Positions 59,201 to 64,000 of a DNA stretch of 64,000 nt are shown one piece after another. The translations under genes were made by a program, and so were the position numbers. This DNA is from Eledone cirrhosa (Eukaryota): contig CAXHJY010001633.1 in the NCBI GenBank assembly GCA_964016885.1, positions 1-64,000 on the forward strand. The letters run 5' to 3'. Numbering within the stretch: the first letter of the stretch is position 1; each line of letters opens with the position of its first letter. The notes under the pieces are model-generated. The model was given only the letters and a program-made list of their open reading frames with translations. It ran no database searches and was not told where the DNA came from.

Positions 59201-62200
59201 GGTTGTGTGTTGTGTTCTGTGGAGGCGTGTGGCCTAGTGGTAAGGGTGTTGGATTGACCATCAGGATGTTGTAGGTTCAATTGCTGGACTGGGTTGTGTG
59301 TTGTGTTCTGTGGAGGTGTGTGGCCTAGTGGTAAGGGTGTTGGATTGACCATCAGGATGTTGTAGGTTCAATTGCTGGACTGGGTTGTGTGTTGTGTTCT
59401 GTGGAGGTGTGTGGCCTAGTGGTAAGGGTGTTGGATTGACCATCAGGATGTTGTAGGTTCAATTGCTGGACTGGGTTGTGTGTTGTGTTCTGTGGAGGCG
59501 TGTGGCCTAGTGGTAAGGGTGTTGGATTGACCATCAGGATGTTGTAGGTTCAATTGCTGGACTGGGTTGTGTGTTGTGTTCTGTGGAGGTGTGTGGCCGA
59601 GTGGTAAGGGTGTTGGACTGACCATCAGAATGTTGTATGTTCAATTGCTGGACTGGGTTGTGTGTTGTGTTCTGTGGAAGTGTGTGGCCTAGTGGTAAGG
59701 TTGTTGGATGGACCATCAGGATGTTGTAGGTTCTATTGCTAGACTGGGTTGTGTGTTGTGTTCTGTGGAGGTGTGTGGCCTAGTGGTAAGGGTGTTGGAC
59801 TGACCATCAGGATGTTGTAGGTTCAATTGCTGGACTAGGTTGTGTGTTGTGTTCTGTTGAGGTGTGTGGCCTAGTGGTAAGGGTGTTGGACTGACCATCA
59901 GGATGTTGTAGGTTCAATTGCTGGACTGGGTTGTGTGTTGTGTTCTGTGGAGGTGTGTGGCCTAGTGGTAAGGGTGTTGGACTGACCATCAGAATGTTGT
60001 AGGTTCAATTGCTAGACTGGGTTGTGTGTTGTGTTCTGTGGAAGTGTGTGGCCTAGTGGTAAGGGTGTTGGACTGACCATCAGAATGTTGTAGGTTCAAT
60101 TGCTAGACTGGGTTGTGTGTTGTGTTCTGTGGAAGTGTGTGGCCTAGTGGTAAGGGTGTTGGACTGACCATCAGAATGTTGTATGTTCAATTGCTAGACT
60201 CGGTTGTGTGTTGTGTTCTGTGGAGGTGTGTGGCCTAGTGGTAAAGGTGTTGGACTGACCATCAGAATGTTGTAGGTTCAATTGCTAGACTGGGTTGTGT
60301 GTTGTGTTCTGTGGAGGTGTGTGGCCTAGTGGTAAAGGTGTTGGACTGACCATCAGAATGTTGTAGGTTCAATTGCTAGACTGGGTTGTGTGTTGTGTTC
60401 TGTGCAAGTGTGTGGCCTAGTGGTAAGGGTGTTGGACTGACCATCAGAATGTTGTAGGTTCAATTGCTGGACTGGGTTGTGTGTTGTGTTCTGTGGAGGT
60501 GTGTGGCCTAGTGGTAAGGGTGTTGGACTGACCATCAGGATGTTGTAGGTTCAATTGCTAGACTGTGTTGTGTTCTGTGGAGGTGTGTGGCCTAGTGGTA
60601 AGGGTGTTGGACTGACCATCAGGATGTTGTAGGTAAAATTGCTAGACTGGGTTGTGTTCTGTGGAGGTGTGTGGCCTAGTGGTAAGGGTGTTGGACTGAC
60701 CATCAGAATGTTGTAGGTTCAATTGCTAGACTGTGTTGTGTTCTGTGGAGGTGTGTGGCCTAGTGGTAAGGGTGTTGGACTCACCATCAGGATGTTGTAG
60801 GTTCAATTGCTAGACTGGGTTGTGTCCTGTTGAGGTGTGTGGCCTAGTGGTAAAGGTGTTGGACTGACCATCAGAATGTTGTAGGTTCAATTGCTAGACT
60901 GGGTTGTGTGTTGTGTTCTGTGCAGGTGTGTGGCCTAGTGGTAAAGGTGTTCGACTGACCATCAGAATGTTGTAGGTTCAATTGCTGGACTGGGTTGTGT
61001 GTTGTGTTCTGTGGAGGTGTGTGGCCTAGTGGTAAGGGTGTTGGACTGACCATCAGAATGTTGTATGTTCAATTGCTAGACTGGGTTGTGTGTTGTGTTC
61101 TGTGGAAGTGTGTGGCCTAGTGGTAAGGTTGTTGGATGGACCATCAGGATGTTGTAGGTTCTATTGCTAGACTGTGTTGTGTGTTGTGTTCTGTGGAGGT
61201 GTGTGGCCTAGTGGTAAGGGTGTTGGACTGACCATCAGGACGTTGTAGGTTCTATTGCTAGACTGGGTTGTGTGTTGTGTTCTGTGGAAGTGTGTGGCCT
61301 AGTGGTAAGGGTGTTGGACTGACCATCAGAATGTTGTAGGTTCAATTGCTAGACTGGGTTGTGTGTTGTGTTCTGTGGAAGTGTGTGGCCTAGTGGTAAG
61401 GGTGTTGGACTGACCATCAGAATGTTGTAGGTTCAATTGCTAGACTGGATTGTGTGTTGTGTTCTGTGGAGGTGTGTGGCCTAGTGGTAAAGGTGTTGGA
61501 CTGACCATCAGAATGTTGTAGGTTCAATTGCTAGACTGGGTTGTGTGTTGTGTTCTGTGGAAGTGTGTGGCCTAGTGGTAAGATTGTTGGACTGACCATC
61601 AGAATGTTGTATGTTCAATTGCTAGACTGGGTTGTGTGTTGTGTTCTGTGGAGGTGTGTGGCCTAGTGGTAAGGGTGTTGGACTGACCATCAGAATGTTG
61701 TAGGTTCAATTGCTAGACTGGGTTGTGTGTTGTGTTCTGTGGAGGTGTGTGGCCTAGTGGTAAAGGTGTTGGACTGACCATCAGAATGTTGTAGGTTCAA
61801 TTGCTAGACTGGGTTGTGTGTTGTGTTCTGTGCAAGTGTGTGGCCTAGTGGTAAGGGTGTTGGACTGACCATCAGAATGTTGTAGGTTCAATTGCTGGAC
61901 TGGGTTGTGTGTTGTGTTCTGTGGAGGTGTGTGGCCTAGTGGTAAGGGTGTTGGACTGACCATCAGGATGTTGTAGGTTCAATTGCTGGACTGGGTTGTG
62001 CTCTGTGGAGGTGTGTGGCCTAGTGGTAAGGGTGTTGGATTGACCATCAGGATGTTGTATGTTCAATTGCTGGACTGGGTTGTGTGTTGTGTTCTGTGGA
62101 GGTGTTTGGCCTAGTGGTAAGGGTGTTGGACTGACCATCAGAATGTTGTATGTTCAATTGCTAGACTGGGTTGTGTGTTGTGTTCTGTGGAGGTGTTTGG

Positions 62201-64000
62201 CCTAGTGGTAAGGGTGTTGGACTGACCATCAGAATGTTGTATGTTCAATTGCTAGACTGGGTTGTGTGTTGTGTTCTGTGGAAGTGTGTGGCCTAGTGGT
62301 AAGGGTGTTGGACTGACCATCAGAATGTTGTAGGTTCAATTGCTAGACTGGGTTGTGTGTTGTGTTCTGTGGAAGTGTGTGGCCTAGTGGTAAGGGTGTT
62401 GGACTGACCATCAGAATGTTGTAGGTTCAATTGCTAGACTGGGTTGTGTGTTGTGTTCTGTGGAGGTGTGTGGCCGAGTGGTAAGGGTGTTGGACTGACC
62501 ATCAGAATGTTGTAGGTTCAATTGCTAGACTGGGTTGTGTGTTGTGTTTTGTGGAGGTGTGTGGCCTAGTGGTAAGGGTGTTGGATTGACCATCAGGATG
62601 TTGTAGGTTCAATTGCTGGACTGGGTTGTGTGTTGTGTTCTGTGGAGGCGTGTGGCCTAGTGGTAAGGGTGTTGGATTGACCATCAGGATGTTGTAGGTT
62701 CAATTGCTGGACTGGGTTGTGTGTTGTGTTCTGTGGAGGTGTGTGGCCTAGTGGTAAGGGTGTTGGATTGACCATCAGGATGTTGTAGGTTCAATTGCTG
62801 GACTGGGTTGTGTGTTGTGTTGTGTGGAGGTGTGTGGCCTAGTGGTAAGGGTGTTGGATTGACCATCAGGATGTTGTAGGTTCAATTGCTTGACTGGGTT
62901 GTGTGTTGTGTTCTGTGGAGGCGTGTGGCCTAGTGGTAAGGGTGTTGGATTGACCATCAGGATGTTGTAGGTTCAATTGCTGGACTGGGTTGTGTGTTGT
63001 GTTCTGTGGAGGTGTGTGGCCGAGTGGTAAGGGTGTTGGACTGACCATCAGAATGTTGTATGTTCAATTGCTGGACTGGGTTGTGTGTTGTGTTCTGTGG
63101 AAGTGTGTGGCCTAGTGGTAAGGTTGTTGGATGGACCATCAGGATGTTGTAGGTTCTATTGCTAGACTGGGTTGTGTGTTGTGTTCTGTGGAGGTGTGTG
63201 GCCTAGTGGTAAGGGTGTTGGACTGACCATCAGGATGTTGTAGGTTCAATTGCTGGACTGGGTTGTGTGTTGTGTTCTGTGGAGGTGTGTGGCCTAGTGG
63301 TAAGGGTGTTGGACTGACCATCAGGATGTTGTAGGTTCTATTGCTAGACTGTGTTGTGTGTTGTGTTCTGTGGAGGTGTGTGGCCTAGTGGTAAGGGTGT
63401 TGGACTGACCATCAGGACGTTGTAGGTTCTATTGCTAGACTGGGTTGTGTGTTGTGTTCTGTGGAAGTGTGTGGCCTAGTGGTAAGGGTGTTGGACTGAC
63501 CATCAGAATGTTGTAGGTTCAATTGCTAGACTGGGTTGTGTGTTGTGTTCTGTGGAAGTGTGTGGCCTAGTGGTAAGGGTGTTGGACTGACCATCAGAAT
63601 GTTGTAGGTTCAATTGCTAGACTGGATTGTGTGTTGTGTTCTGTGGAGGTGTGTGGCCTAGTGGTAAAGGTGTTGGACTGACCATCAGAATGTTGTAGGT
63701 TCAATTGCTAGACTGGGTTGTGTGTTGTCTTCTGTGGAAGTGTGTGGCCTAGTGGTAAGGGTGTTGGACTGACCATCAGAATGTTGTATGTTCAATTGCT
63801 AGACTGGGTTGTGTGTTGTGTTCTGTGGAGGTGTGTGGCCTAGTGGTAAGGGTGTTGGACTGACCATCAGAATGTTGTAGGTTCAATTGCTAGACTGGGT
63901 TGTGTGTTGTGTTCTGTGGAGGTGTGTGGCCTAGTGGTAAAGGTGTTGGACTGACCATCAGAATGTTGTAGGTTCAATTGCTAGACTGGGTTGTGTGTTG
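23277..64000 (+). repeat. 91-bp satellite (about 450 copies, runs past the window end) derived from a tRNA-related SINE head
   Basis: Unit GGAGGTGTGTGGCCTAGTGGTAAGGGTGTTGGACTGACCATCAGGATGTTGTAGGTTCAATTGCTGGACTGGGTTGTGTGTTGTGTTCTGT. The 91-bp period is also visible in the ORF track spacing. It contains an A box TGGCCTAGTGG and a B-box-like GGTTCAATTGC. Shorter 82-89-bp deletion variants occur. Confidence 0.97.

Noticed and set aside
23392-63321. Well over a hundred 60-89 aa 'MVSPTPLPLGHT...' ORFs (mucin-like)
   Set aside because: They arise from a 91-bp non-triplet repeat that shifts frame each unit. Stops are polymorphic and there is no gene structure.
23277-64000. Tandem functional tRNA gene array
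   Set aside because: The acceptor, anticodon and T stems do not pair properly and there are no terminators. The unit is tRNA-derived only.

Overview
Eukaryotic (animal) repeat-rich DNA, most likely an octopus, judged from recalled Octopus SINE-like sequences, dense (TA)n/(CA)n tracts and Penelope elements. No intact host gene is visible. There are three zones. (1) 1-14940 is a strand-asymmetric array of mixed 24/25-bp units (TAACCCTATATACACTCTATACTA / TAACACCTATATACACTCTATACTA). It is C-rich on +, gets noisier toward base 1 and has nested higher-order periods, so it looks like a chromosome end capped by a long non-canonical telomere-like repeat. Its proximal edge is fused to the 3' end of an RTE-clade LINE. 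(2) About 14.9-23.3 kb is a pile-up of retroelement fragments separated by (TA)n: a 5'-truncated Penelope/Neptune RT-GIY-YIG ORF, four full-length type I hammerhead ribozyme motifs plus degenerate or half ones, five fold-back inverted repeats and a SINE. (3) About 23.3-64 kb is a >40-kb, 91-bp satellite made from the tRNA-derived head (Pol III A and B boxes) of a SINE, with kb-scale higher-order repeats. The many 60-aa ORFs in zone 3 are artefacts of the repeat.
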